Part shown: piece after piece, positions 16,024-37,809 of the stretch
Numbering within the stretch: the stretch's first letter is position 1
Layout of the letters: each line of letters starts with the position of its first letter
Source of the DNA: the human T2T-CHM13v2.0 reference genome, Homo sapiens
Assembly (NCBI RefSeq): GCF_009914755.1
Contig: NC_060926.1
Reading direction: 5' to 3' (one strand)
Length of the DNA stretch: 64,000 nt
Notes under the pieces: generated by a model
The model's input: the letters and a program-made list of their open reading frames with translations, nothing else
Told to the model about the DNA's origin: nothing
Databases searched by the model: none
Made by a program: the position numbers and the translations under genes

Positions 16024-16894
16024 GTCTAGGCACTAGAAATATACCAATAAGCAAGAACGAGACAATCGGTACCTTCCTACCTTCACAGAATTTAAATTGC
16101 AATGGAGGGGAATGTCAAACCACTTATTAAATTAGATAATATATATAAAGTACTCAAAATAGCGATTGGCATATAGTAAATGTTCAATATCTGATTAGCT
16201 ATAAATATTACCTCTAAGTTTCTGGGTCATCAGCCTTATGCAGACTAAAAAGTAAGCCTTCCTATTCACCCAGCTAAAAACCAAGAGATTCTCTAGATGG
16301 TTTTGTACTGAATGTCCTTACTTTTGATCAGCAGGCCATCCTTTAGAGAACCGTCTCCCTCCCACAATCTATATCTTGTAGATCTATACAGAAGCACACA
16401 AGTCCGGTCGGATTTCCTTACTCAGGAATTGGAATTACAGGAGAGACAGGAAATGAGAAACACCCAGAAATCCAGGGATTCACATGGCTGAGCTCCACAT
16501 GGACCCATTTCTGCCAGCACCACTTGGCTCTTATCCCTCTTGAGGCCTGGCTGTTCAGATTGTAATTCACTTATTCCAATAAACCTCTTTTTCCTGCTGA
16601 AAACAGCCAGAATTGTGTTGCTTACAAAGAATCCTACCTGATACAGTTGTGTGAAGTAAGATCATTCTACAAAAAGTAGTGTTTACAACCAAATACAATT
16701 GCCGAAACTCATTAAACTGTACCTTTAAAATGAGTGAATTTTACTATTTGTGAAGTATACCTCAATGACACTGGGAGGGGAAAGCATTTTATTTAAAAGT
16801 GTAAACAGCACACACACTTATTCTGAATAATAAAATATTTTTAGGTTACTTCCACGTACATTAATTTCATTATGCTCTATGACTAAAAAGCTAT

Positions 16895-17442
<548 letters not shown>

Positions 17443-17998
17443 TATGTACAGAAAACACTTAATATGGCCCATTTTAATATAGTCCCATTTAAAATCAAGT
17501 TGTAGTAACTGCAACAATTCTAGAATGAGAAGTATGTCAATATCTCAAAACTTAACTTCCTTACTAGTGCAATAAAGCTCACAACATAAATAATGATCAT
17601 AGCTTGCTTTCACGTTTATTGATAGCACCCTACAGTATTTTGATTAATTATTTGTTTTGCTTACATTTCAACTCTCTACTTAGTCTTACTCTGCAAGCAG
17701 ACTATATCACAGCAGGAAACCCCTTCAAAATGAAAACCTCTTCAAGCTCCAGGAAAGACTGAAATCAGGACAGCCACACTTGCTCATGTTTTACATTACA
17801 TGAATTTAAGACATGCCTCACTTGGTCACGCCATGCTCTGTTCATTGAGGAATCTCTATGACAGGAGCTCCTCGGAATACCTAAGAACATGATTGTCCTA
17901 CTTGCCACCAATCTAAAAGGCCACCCTTGATCACTTTCACAAATCCACACTGAATCTGCTACCTATTAGTACACCCTAATCACTTTTGAGATGTTTTA

Positions 17999-18827
<829 letters not shown>

Positions 18828-19148
18828 TTACGATTTCCACTACGAAATTCAAAACTGTCACCTCCTTCTCCATCAAGCTTATTATGGTGGAGCTTTCAAA
18901 TCAATTTCCTAAAGTAGCCTACTGCATGGCCTCTGGTAGACAGCCTATGTAGGTACCACACATAGCCAACCAGCACTGAAATCAATAAAATACATCTAAA
19001 CTAAAGCCTAATTTTGCAATATTAATAGTCCAGCTTCCTGGCCTCTTTTCTTCAACTTAAAGTTTAATTACCTCACGGTTCCCATTTCTACAATAGGACC
19101 CAAAATATTTACAAAATGAAAATCACAAAAGCCCCAACGTTCACCTAC

Positions 19149-19249
19149 CCAACATTTGGCAATCCAACAATACCAATTTTCAGTGAGGTTCCAAATCTTC
19201 CAATGATTGGGGGTGGTTTAATTCCATCACCTCCCTTTTTAGGGGGCAT
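19149..19249 (-). CDS. OLA1: OLA1 coding exon 2 (101 nt): [33 protein letters not shown](G)
   Basis: Minus strand tatttcag|ATGCCCCCT...AATGTTGG|gtaggt; matches the recognised OLA1 N-terminus; 33 codons + 2 nt. Confidence 0.97.
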
Positions 19250-19507
19250 CTGAAATACCAAAGCAAACATATGAACAAAACTTTTTACTATCCACATGGA
19301 CCCAAAACACATTTCATCACATACAATATATTATTGAATTAAGATTAAGAACAAAACATACTGTATATAGCGATCCAAAACTAACACAGAGCTAAATCCA
19401 CTTTTTTTTCAGCAAAAATGTTTAAAAAGTTCTGTAAACATATCCGTTGTCAAAAGAGTCATTGCTGAGAAGTCCCAGAAAGACTGATCTAAAATCAATA
19501 TTTGTTG

Positions 19508-19830
19508 GGCCGGGCACGGTGGCTCAGGCCTGTAATCCCAGCACTTTGGGAGGAGGAGGCCGAGGTGGGCAGACTGCTTGAGACCAGGAGTCGAGACCAG
19601 CCTGGCCAACACGGAGAAACCCCGTCTCTACTAAAAAGAAAAACAAATACAAAAAAATTAGCCGGCCATCAGGCGCGCAGCCTGTAATTCCAGCTACTCG
19701 GGAGGCTGAGGCTCGAGAACTGCTTGAACTCGGGAGGCGAAGGTTGCGGTGCGCCAAGATCACGCCACTGGGCTCTGCCTGAGCGACAAAGCTAGGCTCT
19801 GTCTTAAATAAATAAATAAATAAATAAAAT
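19508..19830 (+). mobile_element. Alu in OLA1 intron 1 with (TAAA)n tail
   Basis: Full dimer; TSD AATATTTGT. Confidence 0.9.
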
Positions 19831-20559
19831 ATTTGTGGCACCAGGAATCAAAGATAAACTTAGAGTTTAGCTACCAATCTTCCATCCAGACTGCTCACAA
19901 AACACTTTATATCTTAACCTGATATATGGTTATATGAAAGAAAGCATTTGGAAGCAAGTACACAGAAGACAGTCAAAGAAAATTCCATTGTGGAACCACC
20001 AGCAGCCAAGTCACCCTTCACACCAAACCATTCCTCTATAATCTGGAATCTTATCTTTCCCATTCGCCCACAACCCCCATTTTTCACATAGATGAACACC
20101 CACCAGGTACTGGGGTCCTTCCACCAAGTCCCTCCCACCTTTGGCACTGAAGGTACGGCTCATCAGTCCTCATAAGCAACCTCCAAAATCTACATTATGG
20201 TTACTATTTCTAATGGTAAATTAATCGACGGAACCTTTTTATTTACAAGTCGAAACTTTCTCTGTCCCTTACTAGTTCTGTCTCCAAATCATGCGTGCAG
20301 AATTACTCCCACCCTTGGACTGCAAAGTGAAATCACAAAGACCGCTAAGCTCACGTCTCAGAAGCTGGGAACTAAAACTGTCCCAGTCTTCTGGCTGAGA
20401 GTTGTACCTCCTAGGACCACGCTGGGGCCCTGCCCTTGCAGTAGTATTCCAGCCTCTGATCCCTGACCCTGAGGGCCAGGAATTTCCCTTCTCAGCGTCC
20501 TGACACCTGTTCCTGGCCAACTCCCAGGCCTCCAAAGAACAGATACAGGAACAGCGCCT

Positions 20560-21450
20560 GTCGGGTCCTCTGGCCTACAGAGAGGTGGCCGGCAGCCCAC
20601 CCAAAGTGGGCCCCACCCCCCATCCTCCTCTCCGGACTGGGCCACCGGGCGTCCTGGCGTCGGGAGAAGGCTTTCCCCAGGGCTTTCCCGCGTGAGGCGT
20701 AGGCCGATCTCCCGACGCGCGGCCTAGTCCGACAGCGCCTCATTCATCCACACATCCCCAAGCCACCCGCTGCCCTGGCCCCATCTTGGCCACTGGGCCC
20801 GGGCCCCGCGCCAGCCTCAGGGCAATGAGCCCAGGCGCCGAAGACCTGGCGGAGATCGCGCCCCCGGGCTCCCTGAGGGCCTCACCGTGCTCGGCCTGGG
20901 CGATGACACGGGGTCCCAGCGGCAGCGAGAGAAAGGTCCTGCCGGCAGCTGGAGGCGGGGAGGAAGGAGGAGAGAACGCAGGCCCGTCCCCTCCGCCGAG
21001 CGGCACGCACGACGGCGGCGACAGCGGCGGAACGGGCGGGCCGGGCGCCGAGCGGCACCTGCGCGCAGACCATGGGCCCCGCCCCTCCCCGCCTTGCCCG
21101 CGCGTCCCGCCCATTGGCCTAACCGGCCGGGGAGGCGGGAGTAGGGCGGGAGGAGCCCAGGGTGGGAGGAGCCGCGCGGCGGCAGGGAGCTGGAGAGGGG
21201 AAGGCGCTGGCTAGGCCATTCCCGGGAGCTCTAGTCTTCCGCTTCGGCACGTGGGCTTCTCGGTTCTAGGTCTCCGCTTCCGTCTGGCTGCGCGGCCTGG
21301 GTTACCTGCTCACGTTCACTCGCGGGCCTACAGCCCCAAGCTTTCCCAGCTGGACTGCGGAGTGCCTTGGGCCCTGACTTCCCTCCGGGAGATCCGGGGC
21401 ATCTGAAGTCAGGCAAACAGCCACACCAGCCCCGAGGACCGCGTGGCCGC
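20560..21450. promoter_or_regulatory. CpG-island, TATA-less promoter of OLA1
   Basis: Very high GC and CpG density; GC boxes (21077-21092, 21144-21150), CCAAT on minus strand (21113-21117), palindrome CTGCGCGCAG (21059-21068), E-box CACGTG (21248-21253), ETS-like CTTCCG (21236, 21277). Confidence 0.9.
20886..21030 (-). other. OLA1: OLA1 non-coding exon 1 (5' UTR); 5' boundary/TSS approximate
   Basis: Donor CACG|gtgagg at 20886/20885 inside the CpG island, just downstream of GC and CCAAT boxes; splicing gives GCACG|ATG with A at -3. Confidence 0.75.
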
Positions 21451-21699
21451 TAGCCCATCTCCCTTTTCCTATAACTTTATTCGCTCAGTCTGTGCGGAGA
21501 GAAGCTGTTAACTAAAAGTTCTTGAAGGAAAAGGGGCTAAGGGAAACTTTGGTCTAGGGATTTCTTCCTCGCCTTATAGTTAAAGCGTCGCACACAGGTA
21601 CTGGATCACAGAATGCGTTTAATTGAGCCAATTTCCCCCCTTTTCCTCTTGGTAGTTGAGAGCAGGGGCCTTTGAAATTTGGGAATTTCCAATCTGGAT

Positions 21700-21895
21700 T
21701 TCGCCACTCATTGACTGTATGACCCTAAACAAATTAACTTCTCTGGACTTCAATTTCGTTCTGGATAAAATGAGGCTATTAAAACCACCTTATGAGGTTA
21801 TTCGTGTGAGAATAAAATGAGACAATGCGTGTTGAGCTCATAACAACAGTACTCAGCACATACAGAAAAGGCTTGTGAGTAGTCGCTGTTGTTAA
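21700..21895 (+). mobile_element. MIR relic
   Basis: TGTATGACCCTAAACAAATTAACTTCTCTGGACTTCAATTTC...TAAAATGAG core. Confidence 0.65.
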
Positions 21896-22216
21896 TATTA
21901 GGATTTCATCCCATCTCACCCACATCATATCAATACCATGAGCGCCACTGGAGAAGGAATTCTTTCATTTAGGTCCTGGCCTTCAGATGTCATTCAGGTA
22001 TTTGTTGTAATGAATATGATACCTGTCCAAAAATTGTGACACTAGAAGCTCCTTTTAAAGGGATTAGTTGCTATTAATATTAAAGGATGTAAATAGGTCG
22101 CCATCCCCATTTTACAAGTGAGGAAACAATATCAGAAAGGTTGATTAATTTGGATGAAGTCACACAACTAGTAAATGGCAGCAGCATATTTCAAACCACA
22201 ATCTAACTGAAAATCT

Positions 22217-22842
<626 letters not shown>

Positions 22843-23295
22843 GAGAATTCATTCAAATAGAGACTCCCTATAAGCTCTGAGCCAGTATTCATAAAATTGC
22901 ATTAAGGCTTTTCCTTAGCCCTGTAACAGTGCTCTAGTGAGGTGAGTTAAAGAGCTTTCTCTACAATTTTGGAAATTCTCAAGGACACAGGCAACTTGAT
23001 TTGGTTTTGTATTACTTTTTCTTAATATTATATATTAATGTGCCCTATTTATATTCTTGGTCTAGTACCCTTGTCACCAAAACTATATATGTATAAAACA
23101 GCTATCTTGGTGCACTTTAACTATGAAAAAGAGGGCTAACTAGCCCAAATTTTGTGGCCACTGTGAAAATAACTCTCAGGAACAGCCCTTCAAAGTGATT
23201 CCTGAATCATGTACTGATATTTTAGTAATGAAGCTCTATAGTGGATTCACACTGCTGCTTGTGGAAATAGAGAGGAACCATTACTTAAAAAGCTT

Positions 23296-23876
23296 GCCGG
23301 GTGCGGTGGCTCACGCTTGTAATCCCAGCACTTTGGGAGGCCGAGGCGGGCGGATCACGAGGTCAGGAGATCAAGACCCTGGGGAAACCCCGTCTCTACT
23401 AAAAATACAAAAAATTAGCCGGGCGTGGTTGCGGGCAGCTGTAGTTCCTGCTACTCGGAGAAGCTGAGGCAGGAGAATGGCATGAACCCGGGAGGCGCAG
23501 CTTGCAGTGAGCCGAGATTGCGCCACTGCACTCCAGCCTGGGCAACAGAGCGAGACACCGTCTCAAAAAAAAAAAAAAAAAAAAAAGCTCAAGAGGCCAG
23601 GTCTGGTGGCTCACACCTGTAATTCCAGCACTCTGGGAGGCCAAGGCAGGCAGATCACCTGAGGCCAGGAGTTCAAGACCAGCCTGGCCAATATGATGAA
23701 ACCCCGTCTCAACTTAAAATACAAAAATGAGCTGAGTGTGATGGCGGGTACCTGTAATCTCAGCTACTCGGGAGGCTGAGGCAGGAGAATCGCTTGAACG
23801 TGGGAGGCGGGGGCTGTAGTGAGCCAAGATCACACCACTGCACCCCAGCCCGAGCAATAGAGCAAGACTCCATCTC

Positions 23877-23905
<29 letters not shown>
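23296..23905 (+). mobile_element. AluY (23296-23586) directly followed by AluS (23595-23905)
   Basis: AluY diagnostics GAATGGCATGAACCCGGG, GCTTGCAGTG; overlapping TSD remnants AAAAGCT / CTCAAGA. Confidence 0.9.
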
Positions 23906-23907
<2 letters not shown>

Positions 23908-24503
23908 AAGAATCCCAGAGAGCCCTCTCTGCCCAGCAACCAGCCACTCCAATACTGATTGAAAATGTTCCCCGGTCATGGAGTACTAGAATCATCTTCA
24001 ACTTATCACTGTCTTTTGGCCAAATCTAGATACTTCTTCAATATCAGAATCTCTCAGATCTACCCATTTCCTTAAATCTACACTATCAAGTTCTTAATCA
24101 CTTGTTTCTCTATAACTACATCTTTCTTACCTGCACTTTTAACCACCTTTAAAGCGCCTTCCCAAAACAGGTTACACAAATCTCAGGCAGTATTCAGGAG
24201 TGGCCAGCTGGTGCTGCCAACACTTGCCTGATAATAGGACTCCATTTCCAACTCACTGTCACTGGGGGTAAATTTGTATTCACAAGAAAGAAGATGTGAT
24301 TGGCCCAGTTCTGGTAAAGTTCTAACAAGGGTCCCATCAGCAATGGCTACGTGGGTAAGGGTCACATAGTCAAAAAGCTGTATGAGTGACCTCTCCCTGC
24401 CTACCAACGAAACACATAGTTCTCAGAAAAGACCCTAGTGGGTATCTACTATTCTACAACGCTAAAGGAAGACTCAGTGAAACAAACAGGATATTAGTAG
24501 TTA

Positions 24504-24830
<327 letters not shown>

Positions 24831-25778
24831 GTTAACACTAATGCCAAGCCTAAAAAAGGGACTTTGAATAGAGGAAAGCATGTTTTTGAGCCTTTGCACA
24901 AAAGGAAGTCTATTTAGTACCCATTGGGCTCAATGATTAAGTTAAACCTAGAGGAAAGAATCAGATGTGGTCTAGAATGAAAACTGAGCAAAAGATTTCA
25001 GTCAGAGGGGGAATGAGAATAGACCATCAGGTCAGGTCAACAGAAGGTTGCTACTAAGGAAAGATCAATGGAATGAAAAAAAGTAGAGCCCATGGTTTCA
25101 CTCTTTGCTATCGTTACCCTCTCTGGATTTTTCTTTCCTTACCAGGCTCAGCCAATGACCAGGGATCAAGTGAGTTGACCTAAGGTCACAAAGGATCTAG
25201 AGAATGGCTTGGGGTCAGTAATTTATCCCCAAATACAGAGTAGCTCTGCTGGAAATTCAGAGATTTATTGATCCTGTGCAGAAAGCTAAGCAACAGGAGA
25301 CAGAAAGAGTACACAAAGAGAGAGGATGAGAAGGAAAAGAGGAAAATAGCAGCAACGTATTCACCATGTGCTAGCACGGCCTGACTACACCTGTTGGCCA
25401 GCCCCGTCCACATCTGTGAGGGGCATAACAGAAAACAGAATAATAGTAATAACTACACTAAAAGGGAAATTGAGTCCTGATAATAACTTTAGGAGGGGAA
25501 GGGGACAAGTGCACAAAAATAACTACCCTATATAGGTAGTTAACTTAAATTGCACTTTTCTTTTATTACCTGTATCAGATGTTTTTCTCTGTCTACACTA
25601 AGCTTACTATCATATCCAGAATTCAGATGAAGGACTAGGATAGTCCCATATGCTTAGAATATCCTACTCTGAACATTTTTGTTATTGTCTTTTATATAAA
25701 ATTATGTTCTTGAACACCTACTCCATCCCAGGCATTGCTGTAGGCCTTGGAGTAGTGAAGAATAAGATAAATATGATT

Positions 25779-26820
<1,042 letters not shown>

Positions 26821-26941
26821 TTGCCCTGAAGGAGCTAGCAATCTAGTGGAGTAGACAAATAAGTGACTACACAAATAATTATATAAGAAGCTGATAAAAT
26901 ATATAGAAGGATACCTAAATAACTACAGTTTGAAAGTTTAA

Positions 26942-27950
<1,009 letters not shown>

Positions 27951-29392
27951 TCAATTTAGGAATTCTTAAAAGAAAACTATGTATATTATTTTCTCAGAGG
28001 CAACATAAAAAGACATATCCTAATCCAGGAAAGTAAATATATTATCATTGTATTAGCTAGCTAATACTTTGAGATATAAATAACAGAAGTTTTGATTCAA
28101 TGAAAATGTATCATATATAACAGAAAGTACAGAGCGGGAGAACAAGGGTGATAGATTCAATAGCTCAACACTATTTTCAAGGAGACTAGTTCTTTCCATA
28201 TAATGTCCCTGTCTTCCTTGGGCTTCCCTGGTTTTATTCTTAAGCTAACAGCAAGCTATGATAGCAGTTCTAGGCAGCATAACCAGAATGACAATATTGG
28301 GGTAGAGTGGGACCATCTCTTTCAGTAGCTCTCTTTTAGTAAAAAGGGAAACATGTTTCAGATCTCTCCAGATAACTTCTTCTATTTCACTGGGCAAAAT
28401 TGGGTCTCATGCCTGTGCCTGAACCAGACACTGGCAGGGAAAATGAACTTACCCTTAGACCATTTAGTCCATCCTTGGGACTAGAGGAGAAGTCAACTTC
28501 CTCTGAGGCACATGGCTGTGTGAAGTATGGATAGATATCTGAGCAAAAGCAGGGTTGTATAAGAAAAGGACACCAGCAATATTCACTTCCTGAACCATTT
28601 TTTCAAGATAACACATTGAGCAGAGTATGGTAATTCTGGAAAATATCAGTGGCATTGGTGGTCATCTGATATGATATATACAAATTGTAATATGATAAAC
28701 GTTGGCACACCTAGTTCACTGAGAAAACATTGAAGAAAACTGATCATCTTCTAACAACACTTAATGGTGTTATAAAATGACAGCATGTGAAAACAATATG
28801 TCTACTAACCTTTACAAGATACTAAAAATTCCCATCATGGAAGTGGAAGGTTGCTTACCAAAAGGTGTCACAGTGGTCACATCGGTTGAGCTGGAAATTG
28901 GGGAATCTTGTGCATGGGCCTAGGTCACCCAATTCATGGCCTCAACATCAGCTCAGCTTAATGTATCATTTTCATTGCAGTTTTGAACCTGTGTCGTTCA
29001 TTTCAAAGAATACTTGTACTACTCAGAATAGGCTATATAATAATATAATAGCAAACAACTCCAGAATTTGAGGGGCTTAACAGAATAAAATTCTTTTCTT
29101 CCATTAAGTCCACTGGAGATCTGCCAGCTGTCCATGAGTTGGCCCATTACTTTTCAGGATGCTTCCATCTCAAAACCCTTCCATATCAAGGTGCTGTTAC
29201 CCAAATGTAACATGTCATTGGCCAAGTTAAATCACATGGCCACATCTAACCTCAAGGGACTGGGAATCCTCCTTGTACCCAGAAGTAGAGGAAAATTAGG
29301 TATTGATAAATAGTGATAATGCCTAACCCACTATTCATTCAGAAATAGATTCGTGAAGGACATTCTTTCTGAATGAATTTGGTATTGTAATG

Positions 29393-30660
<1,268 letters not shown>

Positions 30661-30704
30661 TATGAAATACTATAATCAAGGCTAGCCTTCTAAGATGAGT
30701 CTTG

Positions 30705-31015
<311 letters not shown>

Positions 31016-32309
31016 TAAGATGATTCTTAGAAGTCATGACTTTGGTGGTGCCTATCATCCCATAACCCCTTCACTCTAAGAAGAGTTCATTTTCCTCATC
31101 AAACTGAGACCAAGCTTTTCTGCTTATAGCACATGAACCCTCCAGTTACAGTAGATTGGACTAGGGATAGATGAAAACCTGACCCAAGCTGTGCAAATTG
31201 AGATTCTCTTTCTCTATAGAAGCTGGACTTAGAACATAGCAACAGATAATATCTGCTGCTTAAAAGGGAACATAGGATCAGGTCATGTCAGACAATTTCT
31301 TGACAGGTGGATACTCTAAAGAAAGAGAAAAATAAAATATGCAGGGAGGAAGAAGGGTACTTAATCAACCATCTGTATGGTCCTGGGGAAACTGAGAGAG
31401 GAGAGAGTCATCACAAGTTCTGAGTTTCCGGTTCCACAGTTTAGTTCTCCTAAAGCCTTGTGTATTTTCTGGCCTCGGACTCTGTGAGATAGCATTGTGT
31501 TCTACCAAGAATTTCCATTTTCAATTTAAATACATGTGCAGTGGTTTCTGTTTCTTATAGCCAGACAATGGTTGCAATGGCCAAAGCAAACAAAAATGTA
31601 TACTCTCCTGAAAACTGTTAATATGTTTTGGGGCATATTGGTCCAATGTTCCTCTTAGCTGTAGTTTTTTCTTTTGGTTTGTTTTTTTGTAGAAAGAGTC
31701 TTGCCATGTTGCCCAGGCTGGATTTGAACTCCTGGCCTCAAGCCTCCCACCTCAAGCCTCCCACATTAGTATTGGGATTACAGGTGTGAGCCACCACACC
31801 TGGCCCCTCTTACCTGTAGTTTTAGGTTATAAGACATTATTTCCCACAGTGTATTCTGTGGAACAATGACACTCCATGTTGCTCTGTGAAATAAGAGATC
31901 CAGGATCAGATAACTTTAGGAAGTGCTGTAAAACCCCTTTGGGAGACTGATAATATACATTAGTATATTTAAAGTTTTGAGAAATTCTGCAGGAAAAAAA
32001 GATCTGTTAACACCCCTTAACCCAGAATTACCAAATGTGTATAGCCTTCTTGATATAATGAGCACTAAAATCTCTTGGAACACATACTCTCTGGAGAGCA
32101 ACTCTTTGAAGATTGCTACTATAGTGATTTAGGAGAACTCTTGTTGCAGAAAAAAATATTGAAGAGTGCTCTCTTCCCTTGCCTTTTAACAACTAACAAA
32201 CAAAATGATTACTTAACAAGGAAAAAGAAAAGTGAGTTTCAATCCTAAGGAAAACAATGCTCCCACAAGGTGTCTATCAAGAAAAAATTTAAAATTAGAA
32301 TTAAGAGTC

Positions 32310-32661
<352 letters not shown>

Positions 32662-33128
32662 TCAAGTGGAGTAAAAGATCTCCAAAGAGTAGGATGAAAT
32701 TTGTAGCTTTTCTTAAATGACCTTGTCAAATTAGGGATCTCTCTCTAGAAACTATCTTTAGGATGTCCTGTCTGACAGCCAGTACAAGAACCCCTGATTA
32801 GAATAGCCACTTTTTAATACATTTCTGTGCCCTGTATGAGCTAGCAAGACTAAAAAGATTGCTTAATACATTGGCTTCCTGCCCAGCTGAAGTAATAAAT
32901 AAGGGCTCAGTTTGGTACTTCTTTTAAATTACAGCTGGATTACACAAATGACCTAAAAATCAAGGGAGGACGGTACTAACAATCATTCTCAGGATCAAGC
33001 CATTTTTTCTGTTTATGTTTGCCTTAAGAGGTTTTTAGGTTGAGAGAAAGATAATGATCAAATCCCTATTTTATGAAATACTGTGCTAGCCACTTTACAT
33101 TTGGGACCTAATTTACTGCTCAAGATAA

Positions 33129-33533
<405 letters not shown>

Positions 33534-33679
33534 TAACAACTGTTAGGTTGCATAAAACCAGTTCCATCTGACTTCAGAGTTCTTGTACTTTCTATTTAAA
33601 CAGTTTTTCCAACAGTAGCCAAATGATGTTACATAGTATAGTAAACAATGCAATCTAACAGTATAGATGAAAAAAAGTG

Positions 33680-34545
33680 ACTACACACCTATTAGAATGG
33701 CCAAACTCCAGAACACTGAAAACACTGAATGATGGCAATCACATGGAGCAACAGGAACTCTCACTTATTGCTGATGCGAGTGCAAAATGGCACAGCCACT
33801 TTGGAAGACGGTTTGACAGTTTCCTACAAAATTAAACATACTTTTGCCATACAATCTAGCAAATTGCACTTCTTGGTATTTACCCGAAGTAGTTGAAAAC
33901 TTACATTAACACAAAAACCTGCACATGGATAGCAGCTGTATTCATAATTGCCAAAACCTGGAAGAAACCAATATGCCCTTCAGTAAGAATTCTGGATAAA
34001 TAGTGTTACATCTAGACTATGGAATATTATTCAGTGCTGAAAAGAAATGAGTCATCAAGCCATAAAAAGACATGGAGAAAACTCAAAAAGCATATTACTA
34101 AGTGAAAGAAACACATCTAAAAAGGCTACATATTGTATGATTCCAACAATATGACATTCTGTGGAAGGCAAAAACAATGGAGTCAGTGAAAGGATCAGTG
34201 GTTGCTAGGGTTAGGGGGAAGGGAGGAATGAATAAGCAGAGTACGGAGGATTTTTACGGCAGTGAAATTACTCTGTATGATACTATAATGGTGAATATTT
34301 GTCATTATGCATCTGTCCCAACCCACAGAATGTACAACACCAAGAGTGAATCCTAATGTAAACTACGGACTTTGGGTGATATTGATGTGTCAGTGTGTAG
34401 GTTCATCAGTTGTAACAAATGCACCACTCTGGTGAGGACGTTGATAATAGGGAGGTTATGCATGAGTGGGGCAGGAGTATATGGGAAATCTCTATACCTT
34501 CCTCTCAATTCTGCTGTGAACCTAAAACCACTGTAAAAAAATAAA
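33680..34545 (+). mobile_element. Old L1MC-like 3' region
   Basis: CACACCTATTAGAATGGCCAAA, GAATGTACAACACCAAGAGTGAATCCTAATGTAAACTACGGACTTTGG. Confidence 0.75.
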
Positions 34546-34548
34546 GTC

Positions 34549-35170
34549 TGTTTGTTTGTTTTAGAGAGTCTTGCTCTGTCGCCCAGGCTGGAGCACAATG
34601 GTGCGATCTTGGCTCACTGCAACCCTCACCTCCCAGGTTCAAGCAATTCTCTGCCTCAGCCTCCCAAGTAGCTGGGATTATAGGTGCCCACCACCATGCC
34701 CAGCTAATTTTTGTATTTTTAGTAAAGACAAGGTTTCACCATCTTGGCCAGGCTGGTCTTAAGCTGCTGACCTCGTGATCCACCCGCCTCCGCCTCCCAA
34801 AGTGCTAGGATTACAGGCGTGAGCCATCGCACCTGGCCAGTCTGTTTTTTAAAAGAGAAGACAGCTGGGCATGGTGGCTCACACCTGTTATCCCAACACT
34901 GTGGGAGGCCAAGGAACGCAGATTGCTTGAACCCAGGAGTTTGAGACCAGCCTGGGCAATATAGTGAAACCCTGTCTCTATAAAAAATACAAAAATTTAG
35001 TTGAGCATGGTGATGTGCACTTGTAGTCTCAGCTACCTGCAGGCTGAGGTGGGAGAATCACCTGAGCCCAGGGAGGTCGACACTGCAATGAGCTGTGATC
35101 ATGCCACTGCACTTTAGCCTAGGTGACTGACTGAGACCCTGTCTCAAAAAAAAAAAAAAAAAAAAAAAAA
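34549..35170. mobile_element. Head-to-head Alu pair: AluS minus (34549-34837), AluJ plus (34863-35170)
   Basis: ~25-bp spacer between the two 5' ends. Confidence 0.9.
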
Positions 35171-35686
35171 GGAAGGAACGTGTGTGGGTGTGGGTGTGGG
35201 TGTGTGTTCTTTTTACTGAAGCAAAATATTAATTCAAATATTTTATATAAAAAAAAGAATTGACCGCAAAGGGAATTTCTGGCTAGGATTTCTGTTTTTA
35301 ATCATGACTATTTCAGTTCTGTAAATATGACTATTAACAGTGTTAGAAGACATATTCCATATATCAGTAGACTTCGGTATTCAAAGAGAAACAAGAGCCT
35401 GGAAACATTAAGGCTTCAATGTTCATGATGTGACCAGGATTATCTAAATTGAGGCAATGATTAAAATGTTTTGTCAGGGAGTAGTTTATTCAGGGAATCC
35501 TGGATGAATTGCCGTGAAATCAATGGTGAACTGTTAAATGATGCATATAAGTAGGAAGATGAGGTCCCAGACGGTTTTGTCCCATTTCTTCTGTCTTTTA
35601 ACCTCAGTTCTCATTGCAGCTTGAAAACAACTATTTTCTAATGATGCTTATAAAATAGAACAAAGAACATTGCCTGAAAAAGTACC

Positions 35687-35795
35687 AAAAAAAAACTGTT
35701 CTAAAATAAATAAACTTAACTGTATATCAAGTTGACATAATAAAAAAAAACTGTTCTAAAACAAATGAATTTAACTGTGTATCGAGTTGACATAA
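35687..35795. repeat. 55-bp tandem duplication (2 diverged copies)
   Basis: AAAAAAAAACTGTTCTAAAA...TTAACTGT.TATC.AGTTGACATAA twice. Confidence 0.88.
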
Positions 35796-35888
35796 CCATA
35801 AAGGAAAGAACTATTTACAATTATTTTAGAACATAAGACTTTGACTATGTATTCTTAGAAATACGTATTCTAAGGTCAAAAAGGTGAA

Positions 35889-36440
<552 letters not shown>

Positions 36441-36689
36441 TAAAAACTTCAATTAATAGTCTAATGGTTAGCAAATATATATATGTGTATGTATCATTTT
36501 GAAACTTTTGTAGCTATTATAGTAAAAATGATTATGTTAATGTGTTAGGTCTAAAACTTTCCATGTGAGAGATAAAAGATACAAATAGAAAAACGAAGAA
36601 GTAAAAGCCCTATAATCTTTTATTTCCTGAAAAAAGCTTAGATGCAGTGGCAACCTAGTAGCAATGAACAGTCATATGCCCAGATTATA

Positions 36690-37809
<1,120 letters not shown>

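Noticed and set aside
20197-21416. Overlapping Gly/Pro/Arg-rich ORFs on both strands (e.g. 20786-21214, 20740-21114)
   Set aside because: Expected from stop-codon scarcity in a CpG island; no recognisable protein
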